Part shown: positions 1 through 8,666 of the stretch, in pieces
Layout of the letters: every line of letters begins with the position of its first letter
Position numbering within the stretch: position 1 is the stretch's first letter
Sequence record: DRR378314_956
Strand: one strand, 5' to 3'
DNA: 20,000 nucleotides
The notes under the pieces: model-generated
Database searches by the model: none
The model's input: only the letters and a program-made list of their open reading frames with translations
What the model was told of the DNA's origin: nothing
Made by a program: the position numbers and the translations under genes

Positions 1-2
1 CC

Positions 3-659
3 GGGCGCCGGGTGCTTGACGTGGGTTGTGGTGTAGGCGATTTCCTGGCGTTTATGAGGAAGAACGGTTGGGAGGCCTGGGGCGTTGAGCCCAGCAAGGC
101 GTTTCACGAGGATCTACAACAGCGTGATATCAACGTTATTCCAGCCATGGTTGAGACCGTCAGTGCGTCGCAGTGGGAGGATCTTGGGCAGTTCGATGTG
201 ATCAACATGTCCCAGTTTCTCGAACACGTACGCCATCCGTTGCAGGTGCTTAAATCGGTGTACACAGCCCTGCGTCCCGGAGGCGTGCTGACGGTTGAAT
301 GCCCGAATGATTTCAATCCACTGCAACTGGCAGCCGCGGAATCCCGTGATCTGCCAATGTGGTGGATCAGCCCTCTGCATATCAACTATTTTGACTTCGA
401 GTCACTGGAGCGGCTTTGCCAGGTGGCGGGTTTCGAGCCTGTTGATCGCACCACCCAGTTTCCTCTGGAGATGTTCCTGCACTTCGGGGATGTGTATGTT
501 GGGAACGACGAGGTCGGGCGCGCTATCCACAAGAAGCGCGTGGCGTTTGAGGAGAGTATGGAGCGAGGTGGATTTAATGAGTCTCTGTCGGCGTTTTACG
601 ATGCGCTGGCGTCCAGGGGCTTCGGTCGACATGCAACGATATACGCGGTGAAACGGTGA
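3..659 (+). CDS. Class I SAM-dependent methyltransferase, 5'-truncated by the window edge
   Basis: Frame is open from position 3 (GRRVLDVGCGVG, SAM motif I). It also has FDVINMSQFLEHV and LRPGGVL motifs. The stop TGA overlaps the next GTG start (GTGA). Confidence 0.85.
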   Translation, partial: GRRVLDVGCGVGDFLAFMRKNGWEAWGVEPSKAFHEDLQQRDINVIPAMVETVSASQWEDLGQFDVINMSQFLEHVRHPLQVLKSVYTALRPGGVLTVECPNDFNPLQLAAAESRDLPMWWISPLHINYFDFESLERLCQVAGFEPVDRTTQFPLEMFLHFGDVYVGNDEVGRAIHKKRVAFEESMERGGFNESLSAFYDALASRGFGRHATIYAVKR

Positions 660-1924
660 CAAAAAAAGTACTCATTTACGGCTTTTTCGGAATTGCGAAC
701 GCGGGCAATGAGGCGATGCTCAAGGCATTCTGCGAGCCTATTCGCGAAGCGCTGAACGGGGAGGTGGAGTTTGTTGTGGCGTCCCGGCATCCCGATGCGG
801 ATTACGATGCCCGCTATGGTGTTCGGACGGTGCCGAACTTTGAGTACCCGAGCCGCGATGAATCTGCCGGCAGATGGCTCAGGGGTTTGAATCCCGACGA
901 CGCCGATCAATACCTGGGCTTTGTGAAAGAGGTTTCCGAAGCGGACGTTGTGGTCCTGGGCCCCGGGCAATTTCTGGTGGAGACGGGCACAGCGGGCATG
1001 CTCAAGGGCGCATTAGGGCAGGCGCTGGCGGTTGTGGCGGCTGCACGTTTGACCGCAACGCCCGTCTACGGGCTGGCTCTGGCGTGTGAGGATCTCAAAT
1101 CTGCCTGGGCAAAGCTGGCGGTGCAGACGTTGCTGGACGGGCTTGCGGAAGTGACGTTCCGGGATCCCCGAAGCGTGGATAATCTGCGAGAGGCCGGCAT
1201 TCAGTTGCCGGATTACTCGGTATTGGGAGACCTTGCACTGGCGGGTTCACCGGCACCGGTATCGGCCATAACAGCCTTGTTGTCGGAAGAGAACATCCCT
1301 GAGAAGAGCGGACCGCGACTGGCAGTGGCACTCAGAAACATTTACTGGATGGGGCTGGATATGGACGCCCACCGCCGCAAGATGGCCTCCGTCATGGAGC
1401 ATTGGCTATCCCATTCGGACCGGGACATTGTTCTCGTGCCTCAAAACGTCTATGACATCGATGGTGATCGGGATGATGATCGAGCGGAAGCGGCGCGCAC
1501 GCTTGCTTTGCTCCCTGACGAACTTCAGACGCGGGTGCACCAGATACGCGGAAAACACGATTCGAGCGCGATAGAGGCCGTTTACGGGCAAGCCGATGTG
1601 GCTCTGAGTGCGCGGCTTCATGGCGCTGTATTTTCCTGCAAGCAGGGTACACCGCCGGTCATGCTGACCTTCATGGACAAAACCCGCGGGTTCTTCCGCC
1701 GTATGGAGCACCTTGATTGTCTTGTCTCCCTGGAGGCCTCCGAGGGTGATATTGTCCACCGGCTTGAGGAGTTTCTTGCGCGTCGGGAAACGTTGTCAGA
1801 GTCACTTACCGAGGCTGTCCGCCGCAACCGGGCGACCAGCAGGGGGTACGCCGAGCGGGTCGTCTCCATGCTGCAGGCCGCGCCCGGTAACCGGAAACAG
1901 TGGGCGCGAGGGTTGTTGCCATAA
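656..1924 (+). CDS. Polysaccharide pyruvyl transferase family protein (CsaB/WcaK-like)
   Basis: N-terminal GFFGIANAGNEAML (cf. GYYGxxNxGDEA), TFRDPRS and C-terminal SARLHGAVFS motifs; coupled to the upstream methyltransferase by a 4-nt overlap. Confidence 0.75.
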   Translation: MTKKVLIYGFFGIANAGNEAMLKAFCEPIREALNGEVEFVVASRHPDADYDARYGVRTVPNFEYPSRDESAGRWLRGLNPDDADQYLGFVKEVSEADVVVLGPGQFLVETGTAGMLKGALGQALAVVAAARLTATPVYGLALACEDLKSAWAKLAVQTLLDGLAEVTFRDPRSVDNLREAGIQLPDYSVLGDLALAGSPAPVSAITALLSEENIPEKSGPRLAVALRNIYWMGLDMDAHRRKMASVMEHWLSHSDRDIVLVPQNVYDIDGDRDDDRAEAARTLALLPDELQTRVHQIRGKHDSSAIEAVYGQADVALSARLHGAVFSCKQGTPPVMLTFMDKTRGFFRRMEHLDCLVSLEASEGDIVHRLEEFLARRETLSESLTEAVRRNRATSRGYAERVVSMLQAAPGNRKQWARGLLP

Positions 1925-1943
1925 CCGGAACGGCCTGGTCGGC

Positions 1944-3134
1944 CTACTCGTTGGCAAAGCGAGAGCCGGAAAGGTCGTATAAGCGCAGGATTCGAATGCC
2001 GTCGTTCTCCCAGTGCTGGATGCGCTGGTAGATTTCCTCTTGAAAGGCCCTGCTTGAAATCACAACCACATCGATCTGTTCGTGGTCAAATGTATCCGGG
2101 TCATCAACGCTGCTGCCGAAGGCAACACTACCCTGTTTACTGGGATTGGAGTCGAGCAGGGTAGTGACGTTCAACTCGCCGAGTAACGTGTGCTGGAGCA
2201 GCAGGCCTGTGTGATCTCCAACTCCGTATATGGCAATTCTGGGTTCGGGGTTCTCGAGGGAGAGCTCACGAAAGATCTGGTTCAATGAGTCCCGGTGTTT
2301 GGTGATCCTGGCTGAGTATTCCTCAATGGCACGTTTCACTGTCCCATGGCGGTTGTCCAAGCTGAACGTTTGCGGGGTATCCACGGCGCGGGCTTTTTTC
2401 CCAACCGTTATGAAGGAGCGTGGGAATTTACGATGCACGTGGGTGCCCATCGTGGTGAAGCCGGTCTTCTCCAGAAGCATTTTCATTACCGAGGATGAGA
2501 AGTTGTGCAAGTGTTCCAGGATGAACAGCTCGGCAGCGGTATCGTATTCCAGGTCATCAAGGTTTGGCACCCGGATGTATACCACGCCGCTGTCGGTGAG
2601 AAGACGATTGATCTTTAGTAGAAAGGCCGTGGGGTCTCGAACATGTTCGAGTACCCCGCCCAAAAAAATGAGGTCGTAGCGGCGCTCAGTATTGAAGTCT
2701 TCAAACAGGCACTCATGAACGGTCAGGTTGTGAAGTTCACGCGCCTTTTCAGCGGAGACGGCGTTGGGCTCAAGGCCCTCTACCTGCCAGCCCGCCTTCG
2801 CCAGCCTGCTGGCGAGATAGCCTGTGTAGCACCCGATCTCAAGAGCGCTTCGTCCGCTCCCGGGGCCGGCAAGACGCGTCAGGTAATCGACGTCCGCGGC
2901 ATTCAGTCCTTTTGATTCGCCCCGTGAGACCTGGAAAGATTCGCGTTTCTGGTTCTGGTAGAACGAATGAATCTCGGCCCCGGACAGAGTTGGATTATTG
3001 TAGACATGCCCGCAAACCTTGCAGACGCAGGTTAATACCGGATACCAGAGGCGCCTGTCCGGGGAGTTCCAGCGATCCATGCGTACAACGTCAAAGTCGT
3101 TTGACTGGCAGATATTGCAGTTCTGGGATTCCAC
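1944..3134 (-). CDS. SAM-dependent methyltransferase with N-terminal Cys4 Zn motif and C-terminal Rossmann-like domain (NDP-sugar methyltransferase-like architecture)
   Basis: CNIC...CKVC, ALEIGCYTG, YDLIFLGGVLEHV, LEHLHNFS and C-terminal IAIYGVGDHT motifs; GTG start. Confidence 0.8.
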   Translation of the reverse strand: MESQNCNICQSNDFDVVRMDRWNSPDRRLWYPVLTCVCKVCGHVYNNPTLSGAEIHSFYQNQKRESFQVSRGESKGLNAADVDYLTRLAGPGSGRSALEIGCYTGYLASRLAKAGWQVEGLEPNAVSAEKARELHNLTVHECLFEDFNTERRYDLIFLGGVLEHVRDPTAFLLKINRLLTDSGVVYIRVPNLDDLEYDTAAELFILEHLHNFSSSVMKMLLEKTGFTTMGTHVHRKFPRSFITVGKKARAVDTPQTFSLDNRHGTVKRAIEEYSARITKHRDSLNQIFRELSLENPEPRIAIYGVGDHTGLLLQHTLLGELNVTTLLDSNPSKQGSVAFGSSVDDPDTFDHEQIDVVVISSRAFQEEIYQRIQHWENDGIRILRLYDLSGSRFANE

Positions 3135-3148
3135 TTACTGTATCCACC

Positions 3149-3940
3149 TTAGGATGATGTCTGATGTTTTCTCGGTGCGCGCATCGGGTTGTCGTAGATC
3201 ATGTACTGGATGACATCCCGCGGGGTTCTGCTGGCCGACGCTTCATCGATGGGTTCAACGCCATGCCAGGAGTTCGAGTTCTTGACGAATCCGAACGCGG
3301 CATTTCGACGATAGGGCGCCATTTTGAAGCGTCTGAAGTCTTCAAAGTCGAAATGACGATTGCCGGGATCGCTAAAGCCCTCTTGTTTGGGAACAAACAT
3401 CGATGTCCCAAGGTGCTCGTTATTGTTATCCCCCGGCAGGTATAAAAGAATGTTGACCACCTTCGAGGGAATATCCGTGTGTGGCCCGATAAAATAGTCT
3501 GCCCGGTGTCGTAGGAAGATCGCCTGTGGGAACACGTCTGGCCAGTCTTCTTCGCTGCTTCCGAACCGCATTTCCAGCGTTGGTTTGAACAGTCTCATGG
3601 ATGCCTCGACAACTTGGTCACCCAGGAACCACTCGGAAAACTGGTTCCAGAAATCACGTCTTTCGGGAGGTTGAGCGTCGAGCCATTCGGGTTCAAGGTA
3701 ACATTGGTCGCGCCGGCTGTACTGTTCAAGCTTGACCTTGCCCACATCTGTCCATTTTTTGTAGGCGTCCGTGGTGGGCAGCAGTTGCCTCATCCGTTCG
3801 TAGTAGTCGTCCGGAAATACATTATCAATGTAGAAATGGGGGTAGGGCGTATAGTCGACGTGAGCGGACTCAAGCCGGGATAGAAAGTGTTCCAGAGCCT
3901 TCTGGTGAAGACTGCCGAGCGAGCTCGGTGTTTGCATCAT
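3149..3940 (-). CDS. 2-oxoglutarate/Fe(II)-dependent oxygenase family protein
   Basis: PYPHFYIDNVFP N-terminus, HTD (HxD) iron motif, distal His in SWHGVEP, and a downstream Arg (PRDVIQY) as likely 2OG ligand. Confidence 0.78.
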   Translation of the reverse strand: MMQTPSSLGSLHQKALEHFLSRLESAHVDYTPYPHFYIDNVFPDDYYERMRQLLPTTDAYKKWTDVGKVKLEQYSRRDQCYLEPEWLDAQPPERRDFWNQFSEWFLGDQVVEASMRLFKPTLEMRFGSSEEDWPDVFPQAIFLRHRADYFIGPHTDIPSKVVNILLYLPGDNNNEHLGTSMFVPKQEGFSDPGNRHFDFEDFRRFKMAPYRRNAAFGFVKNSNSWHGVEPIDEASASRTPRDVIQYMIYDNPMRAPRKHQTSS

Positions 3941-3961
3941 GAACGGTTCCGGTTGTTGGGT

Positions 3962-3985
3962 GCCCCGGAAATGATCTTCCGGGGC
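3962..3985 (-). other. GC-rich stem-loop 3' of the 388-aa flagellin, with no U-tract
   Basis: GCCCCGGAA-ATGATC-TTCCGGGGC, a perfect 9-bp stem; followed on the minus strand by ACCCAACAACC rather than poly-T. Confidence 0.6.
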
Positions 3986-3998
3986 GCTCTTCTAACGG

Positions 3999-5165
3999 TT
4001 AGCCTTGCAGTAGCTGAAGCACCTGCTGAGGCCGGGCGTTCGCCTGCGACAGAACCGAGAGACCCGCCTGTTGCAGTACCTGGGTGCGAGCCAGTTCCGC
4101 GGTTTCCGCCGCGAAATCAGCGTCCCTGATACGGCTGTTGGCCGCCGAGAGGTTCTCGGATGTAGTGCTCAGGTTCGTGATCGTCGACTCGAACCGGTTC
4201 TGAACGGCACCGAGTTCGGCCCTCAGCCCGTTGATCTGGTCAATGGCGTAATCCGTGGCGATCATCGCCAGGTCTGCGCCATCCTGTGACGATATGTCTA
4301 TCGTGTTCACCGAGACCTGATCACCCGGTATGGTCGTCGCAACGTTGAATGTGGCGCCACTGGCGACCGTGACATCCACTGTGAACGCCTGCTCGAATTC
4401 TGACGAGAATATGATGTCATTGTTCTCACGGTCAAGGAACGCTGTCACGCCGGTTTGCTGGGTTTGTGCGTTAACTTGCCCAAGAATGTCCTCGAGAGAA
4501 CTGGCGCCGCTGACGTTGACCACCGTTGTACCAGAGGCATCCAGTAGTGGAAGCTCAACCGAGAAGTCCACTGTGCCGCCGGCGTCGAAGATGTCCGCTA
4601 CGCTCTGGCCACTGACCAGTGCTGCCGACAGACCTGAGGTGGCGCCAATGACGGAACCAAGGGCGCTCCCCCTCGCATCCAGCCCGCTGACGGAGATGGT
4701 TTCACCGGTATTTGCGCCGACCTGGAAGGTTTGCGTTGGAAGCGATCCATCCAATACCCGAAGGCCGTTGAAGGATGTCTGACTGGCGATTCGGCTAATC
4801 TCGGCGATTCGTTGCTGAACTTCCTGGTTCAGGGCGTCACGGTCCGAGTTGCTGTTGGAGGCGTTGGCGGATTGAACCGCGAGCTCGCGAATCCGTTGCA
4901 GGTTTGCCGTGACTTCGTCGAGGGCGCCTTCGGCGGTCTGCGCCAGGGAGATGCCGTCGTTCGCATTTCTCTGGGCCATGCCGAGGCCGGTAATCTGTGA
5001 TTGGAAACGTTCAGAGATCGCCAGGCCCGCAGCATCATCTTTCGCTGAATTGATACGGAGGCCCGATGACAGGCGTTGGAGCGCTGTGTCGGCATCACTC
5101 TGTGTTGCGTTCAGATTGCGCTGCGCGTTCAGCGACGCAATGTTGGTGTTGATGATCTGAGGCAT
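3999..5165 (-). CDS. fliC: Flagellin, 388 aa, with a central variable domain
   Basis: Conserved N-terminus INTNIASLNAQRNL...[32 protein letters not shown], and C-terminus [13 protein letters not shown]...SRIRDADFAAE...QQAGLSVLSQAN. Confidence 0.97.
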   Translation of the reverse strand: MPQIINTNIASLNAQRNLNATQSDADTALQRLSSGLRINSAKDDAAGLAISERFQSQITGLGMAQRNANDGISLAQTAEGALDEVTANLQRIRELAVQSANASNSNSDRDALNQEVQQRIAEISRIASQTSFNGLRVLDGSLPTQTFQVGANTGETISVSGLDARGSALGSVIGATSGLSAALVSGQSVADIFDAGGTVDFSVELPLLDASGTTVVNVSGASSLEDILGQVNAQTQQTGVTAFLDRENNDIIFSSEFEQAFTVDVTVASGATFNVATTIPGDQVSVNTIDISSQDGADLAMIATDYAIDQINGLRAELGAVQNRFESTITNLSTTSENLSAANSRIRDADFAAETAELARTQVLQQAGLSVLSQANARPQQVLQLLQG

Positions 5166-5266
5166 TTTGGTTTCTCCCTGCTCAGAGGTGTTGGCAAAGC
5201 CGTTGTTGTGATGGTCAAACGGGATTGCCGGTGAAATTCATGGTTTTGCCGTTTTGTGGATGCTCA

Positions 5267-5281
5267 GCGAATTTGGTGCCA
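5267..5281 (-). promoter_or_regulatory. Sigma54 (RpoN) -24/-12 promoter for the 388-aa flagellin unit
   Basis: Minus strand reads TGGCACCAAATTCGC, with GG and GC at the exact consensus spacing (TGGCAC-N5-TTGC), about 100 bp upstream of the ATG. Confidence 0.75.
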
Positions 5282-5310
5282 ACTTTGATTCTTCTCCAAA
5301 GTAAATCTAT

Positions 5311-5323
5311 TAAATAACTGATA
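5311..5323 (-). promoter_or_regulatory. IHF binding site upstream of the sigma54 promoter
   Basis: Minus strand TATCAGTTATTTA matches WATCARNNNNTTR, with an adjacent A/T tract (5324-5345) on its 5' side; typical position for sigma54 promoters. Confidence 0.6.
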
Positions 5324-5510
5324 AATTTAATAAAAATTTTTTAATCAGGTTGAGGTGGGAATGCGTTTCAGGTGGGCCGACATTGAAAGAGAGGAAGCTG
5401 TTTGCCGCTTTTTTCGGTGTTAAAGGCTCTCTGAGCGATTCACCTCGTCATGTGTTATTTTTATGGCGGTAAGTCTTTGACCCGTTCCTGAGTTGCGATG
5501 GAGGACATTT

Positions 5511-7601
5511 GTGGCGAAACAACCGGATTCTTCGGCGGAATCATTCCTGAGGCAGAAAGAAAAGAACCTGAACTTTTTTAAGAAGCATCATCCTCGTATC
5601 TATCAGGTGTTTTCGAATCTGATGCTGACCAAAGCCGAGTTGGTTGTGACGCCCGGAAAGGCCGATGTGGATATGACGGTGGATGGCCATTCCTGTTACC
5701 GCGGTTTGGCAAAGGAGTACTCACGGTCAGAGGTCGACCAGTTTCTCAGCGAGAACCCCGAGGGTAAAAAGGCGTTTACGTTCTCCCCGCCCTGGCCGGA
5801 AAGCTACAAGCATCCCCGGTTCGCAACCTTGTCTGTTCGGGGGACGGCGGAGGCGAGCCCCGTCAACCGTGATAACTTTTCCGGTTATGATCGGGGCAAT
5901 GTCTATCCTTCAATCGTGTTCCTCGGTTGCGGGTTGGGATACCACATTGAGGCGCTTCTGGAAAAGGCGACGGTGATAAGTGCGGTTATCTTTGAACGTG
6001 AGCCGGAAAAGTTTGCACTCAGTCTCTTCACGGTTGACTGGGAGAGAATCTGCGCAAAGTTTCAACGTAAAGGACGCTCCCTGACCTTCGCGATCGGTTC
6101 CGCTGATAACGAAGCGGGGATGCGTGACCTGCTGTATCGCAACCTTGAGAATATAGTGCCGTTCTATCCCTTCATGACCATTCACTACAATCACCTTGCT
6201 GATATCGAACTGGCGAAGGCCGCCATTGATGTGAGTAAGGACATCTCGGTGATTACGGCGAACTGGAGCAACTATGACAATGAGGTTCGGCGACTGCATC
6301 ACTTCTCGCACAATCTCAAGCAAGGCTTCAGATACCTGGAGAACCGGGAGGCGGGAGAGCACAAAACGCCGTTTGTCGTTGTGGGCAGTGGTCCGTCTAT
6401 CGATGGCCGCATTGAAAGCCTTAAAGCCGTTCGCGACCAGGTGGTTGTCGTAAGCGCGGGCACCGGTATACGTGCACTCATCGCATCAGGCATCAAGCCG
6501 GACTTTCACGTTGAGCTGGATCCTGATTACGTGGTCTACAAGTTCCTCGCGGATATCGAGTCAGATGCACTTCGGGATGTGACGCTGCTGGCGGTGAATG
6601 AAGTAAACCCGATGGTGCGGACGCTGTTTAAAGAAACCTTCCACTTTTTCAAGACGGACAATTATCAGAGCCACCTTGTGGGTGTGAGCGGCGAGTCGTT
6701 TTCCCATTGCAACCCCACCTGTACCAATGCTGCGCTCGCGCTGGGCTATGCGTTGGGTTTCCGTAGCATTTTTCTGTTTGGCACCGACTTCGGTTACAAA
6801 GTCAGCGAGAAGGACCACTCTGCACAGTCTGTCTATGGGGAAAAGGTCACGACGGAGTTCGCACGCCAGGTACAAGAGCATCGCTATGCCCCGAGGAAGC
6901 GAAACGAGTTTTCGGTACCGAGTGTTGACGGGGAAACCGTTCTCACAGTGGCTGCCTACTATTCGGCAAAACGTTCCGTAGAAAAGTTCTTTCTTGAAAT
7001 GAAAGCGGCGACCGACTCGCTGCAGGTCTACAACTGCTCGGATGGAGCAACGATTGAAGGGACCGAATGGATCGATGCTGACCGTTTTGAGGCGGAAGTT
7101 CAGTCCAGACCGGCTGCTGAGAGTTGGCAATTGCCCATGGATCAGGTCAAAGATATTGCTCCGTCGGGTCTGGAGACGCAGTTACCGACTTTGCTTGCGG
7201 AACTGGAGAGTGGGTGCCGTGATATTAGGAGGCTGGTCAAAGAGGCCAGACTCGATGGCCGTCCTGACCTGGCTATTCTGGTAAACCGGGTACGAACGAA
7301 AGTGAACACCGTCAAACCACCCAAGGGCTTGGCAAGCCCGACGGCAACTCAGGCGTACATCTATCAGTTGACGCGGGGGACCATGCTGCACTTCCTTTAT
7401 GTTGGGCTTTGTCATGGCATGGGCTGTTCCCAGGAAGCAGAGATGAAGGCCTTCCTGAGTGTCTGGAGAGGTCGCTTCCTGGAATTTCTCACCGAGCTCC
7501 CTTCTCACTTTCAATCAGTGATGTTCGGGTTGCCAGAGCTGAGCCAGGATCCTTGGGTGACATCGCGCCTTATCGAGCCGGAACCCAAGGCCAGCGCCTG
7601 A
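5511..7601 (+). CDS. Motility-associated factor (Maf)-type flagellin glycosyltransferase (DUF115/MptE-like domain)
   Basis: EKNLNFFKKHHPRIY N-terminus, IVFLGCGLGYHI, VVGSGPSID, GIKPDFHVELD, IFLFGTDFGY and VYNCSDGATIEG motifs; lies between two flagellins. Start moved to GTG 5511 because GGAGG is at 5500-5504. Confidence 0.85.
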   Translation: MAKQPDSSAESFLRQKEKNLNFFKKHHPRIYQVFSNLMLTKAELVVTPGKADVDMTVDGHSCYRGLAKEYSRSEVDQFLSENPEGKKAFTFSPPWPESYKHPRFATLSVRGTAEASPVNRDNFSGYDRGNVYPSIVFLGCGLGYHIEALLEKATVISAVIFEREPEKFALSLFTVDWERICAKFQRKGRSLTFAIGSADNEAGMRDLLYRNLENIVPFYPFMTIHYNHLADIELAKAAIDVSKDISVITANWSNYDNEVRRLHHFSHNLKQGFRYLENREAGEHKTPFVVVGSGPSIDGRIESLKAVRDQVVVVSAGTGIRALIASGIKPDFHVELDPDYVVYKFLADIESDALRDVTLLAVNEVNPMVRTLFKETFHFFKTDNYQSHLVGVSGESFSHCNPTCTNAALALGYALGFRSIFLFGTDFGYKVSEKDHSAQSVYGEKVTTEFARQVQEHRYAPRKRNEFSVPSVDGETVLTVAAYYSAKRSVEKFFLEMKAATDSLQVYNCSDGATIEGTEWIDADRFEAEVQSRPAAESWQLPMDQVKDIAPSGLETQLPTLLAELESGCRDIRRLVKEARLDGRPDLAILVNRVRTKVNTVKPPKGLASPTATQAYIYQLTRGTMLHFLYVGLCHGMGCSQEAEMKAFLSVWRGRFLEFLTELPSHFQSVMFGLPELSQDPWVTSRLIEPEPKASA

Positions 7602-7645
7602 TTATCGGCCATTACAATCGCTTACAATTTGTTTGCCTTAAGCCC

Positions 7646-7672
7646 TAAAGATATCTGACGGGGGGCCGTTAG
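7646..7672 (+). promoter_or_regulatory. Sigma28 (FliA) promoter of the 274-aa flagellin
   Basis: TAAA-N15-GCCGTTAG versus consensus TAAA-N15-GCCGATAA. Confidence 0.8.
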
Positions 7673-7761
7673 ATGAAATAACAGGGCGGGGCATCCCGGA
7701 AGTAAACGGAAGCCAAGCCTCTATCCAGAAGAAAACTTTTACGGTTTGAAGGGGAAGCATT

Positions 7762-8586
7762 ATGGCTCTCGGTATTAACACTAACGTTGCATCAATCAGC
7801 GCTCAGAATCAGCTCAGCAAGAGTCAGGGCCTTTCTGACCAGGCGCTTCAGCGTCTGTCTTCTGGCCTGCGCATCAACTCTGCAAAAGATGACGCGGCTG
7901 GTCTGGCGATCTCTACCCGCTTTGACACCCAGATTCGCGGCCTTACCGTTGCCCAGCGTAACGCTAACGACGGTATCTCCCTCGCACAAACCGCAGAAGG
8001 TGGTCTGAACGAGACTGTTAACAACCTGCAGCGTGTTCGTGAACTGGCAGTTCAGGCAGCTAACGGATCCCTGACCGATGATGACCGTGCACTACTTCAG
8101 GCAGAAGTTACTCAGCGTCTGGGAGAGATCGGTCGTATCAGTGAAGAAACTCAGTTTAACGGCCAGAATGTTCTCGATGGGACTCTGGGTAGTGCGGTGA
8201 GCTTCCAGGTTGGTTCCGAAAGCGGCCAGACCATCACTGTGGATCTGAGTGAAGACATGTCCGCCAGTGGTCTTGGTGTTAACGCTGTGGATATCAGCAC
8301 GGCTTCCGGCGCGTCTGCCGCTCTGGATACCCTGTCTGACGCCCTGGACACAGTAAACGAATTCCGTTCAGACCTGGGTGCGGTTCAGAACCGTTTCGAA
8401 AGCACCATTAACAACCTGGCGACCAACATCGAGAGCGCAAGCGCCGCGAACAGCCGGATCATCGACGCTGACTTCGCTGCTGAAACCGCGAAGCTCGCCA
8501 AGGCGAACGTTCTGCAGCAGGCCGGTATCTCGGTTCTTGCCCAGGCCAATGCTCGCCCGAACCAGGTTCTGTCCCTCCTGCAGTAA
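7762..8586 (+). CDS. fliC: Flagellin, 274 aa, essentially D0/D1 only; probable major flagellin
   Basis: Conserved flagellin termini with a very short variable region, frequent high-expression-type codons (CGT, GGT, AAC), and the canonical position before flaG-fliD-fliS. Confidence 0.97.
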   Translation: MALGINTNVASISAQNQLSKSQGLSDQALQRLSSGLRINSAKDDAAGLAISTRFDTQIRGLTVAQRNANDGISLAQTAEGGLNETVNNLQRVRELAVQAANGSLTDDDRALLQAEVTQRLGEIGRISEETQFNGQNVLDGTLGSAVSFQVGSESGQTITVDLSEDMSASGLGVNAVDISTASGASAALDTLSDALDTVNEFRSDLGAVQNRFESTINNLATNIESASAANSRIIDADFAAETAKLAKANVLQQAGISVLAQANARPNQVLSLLQ

Positions 8587-8606
8587 CAGGGATAGCACGG
8601 ATAACG

Positions 8607-8635
8607 GCTGGCTTTCCGGAACCCGGGAAGCCAGC
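8607..8635 (+). other. Stem-loop between the 274-aa flagellin and flaG, with no U-tract
   Basis: GCTGGCTTTCCGG-AAC-CCGGGAAGCCAGC, a 13-bp stem with one G-U pair, extendable by TAAC/GTTA. Confidence 0.6.
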
Positions 8636-8666
8636 GTTACGCCGTTAGAGGATAGCGAGGTGAGCT

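Noticed and set aside
5493-5510. ORF-track starts at 5493 (maf) and 11228 (argG)
   Set aside because: Better RBS-supported starts exist at 5511 and 11264.
7660-7665. G6 run in the sigma28 spacer (and A7 runs near 661 and 2662) as phase-variation tracts
   Set aside because: Too short for appreciable slippage.
8641-8648. GCCGTTAG before flaG as a sigma28 -10 element
   Set aside because: No TAAA-like -35 element at 15-bp spacing.
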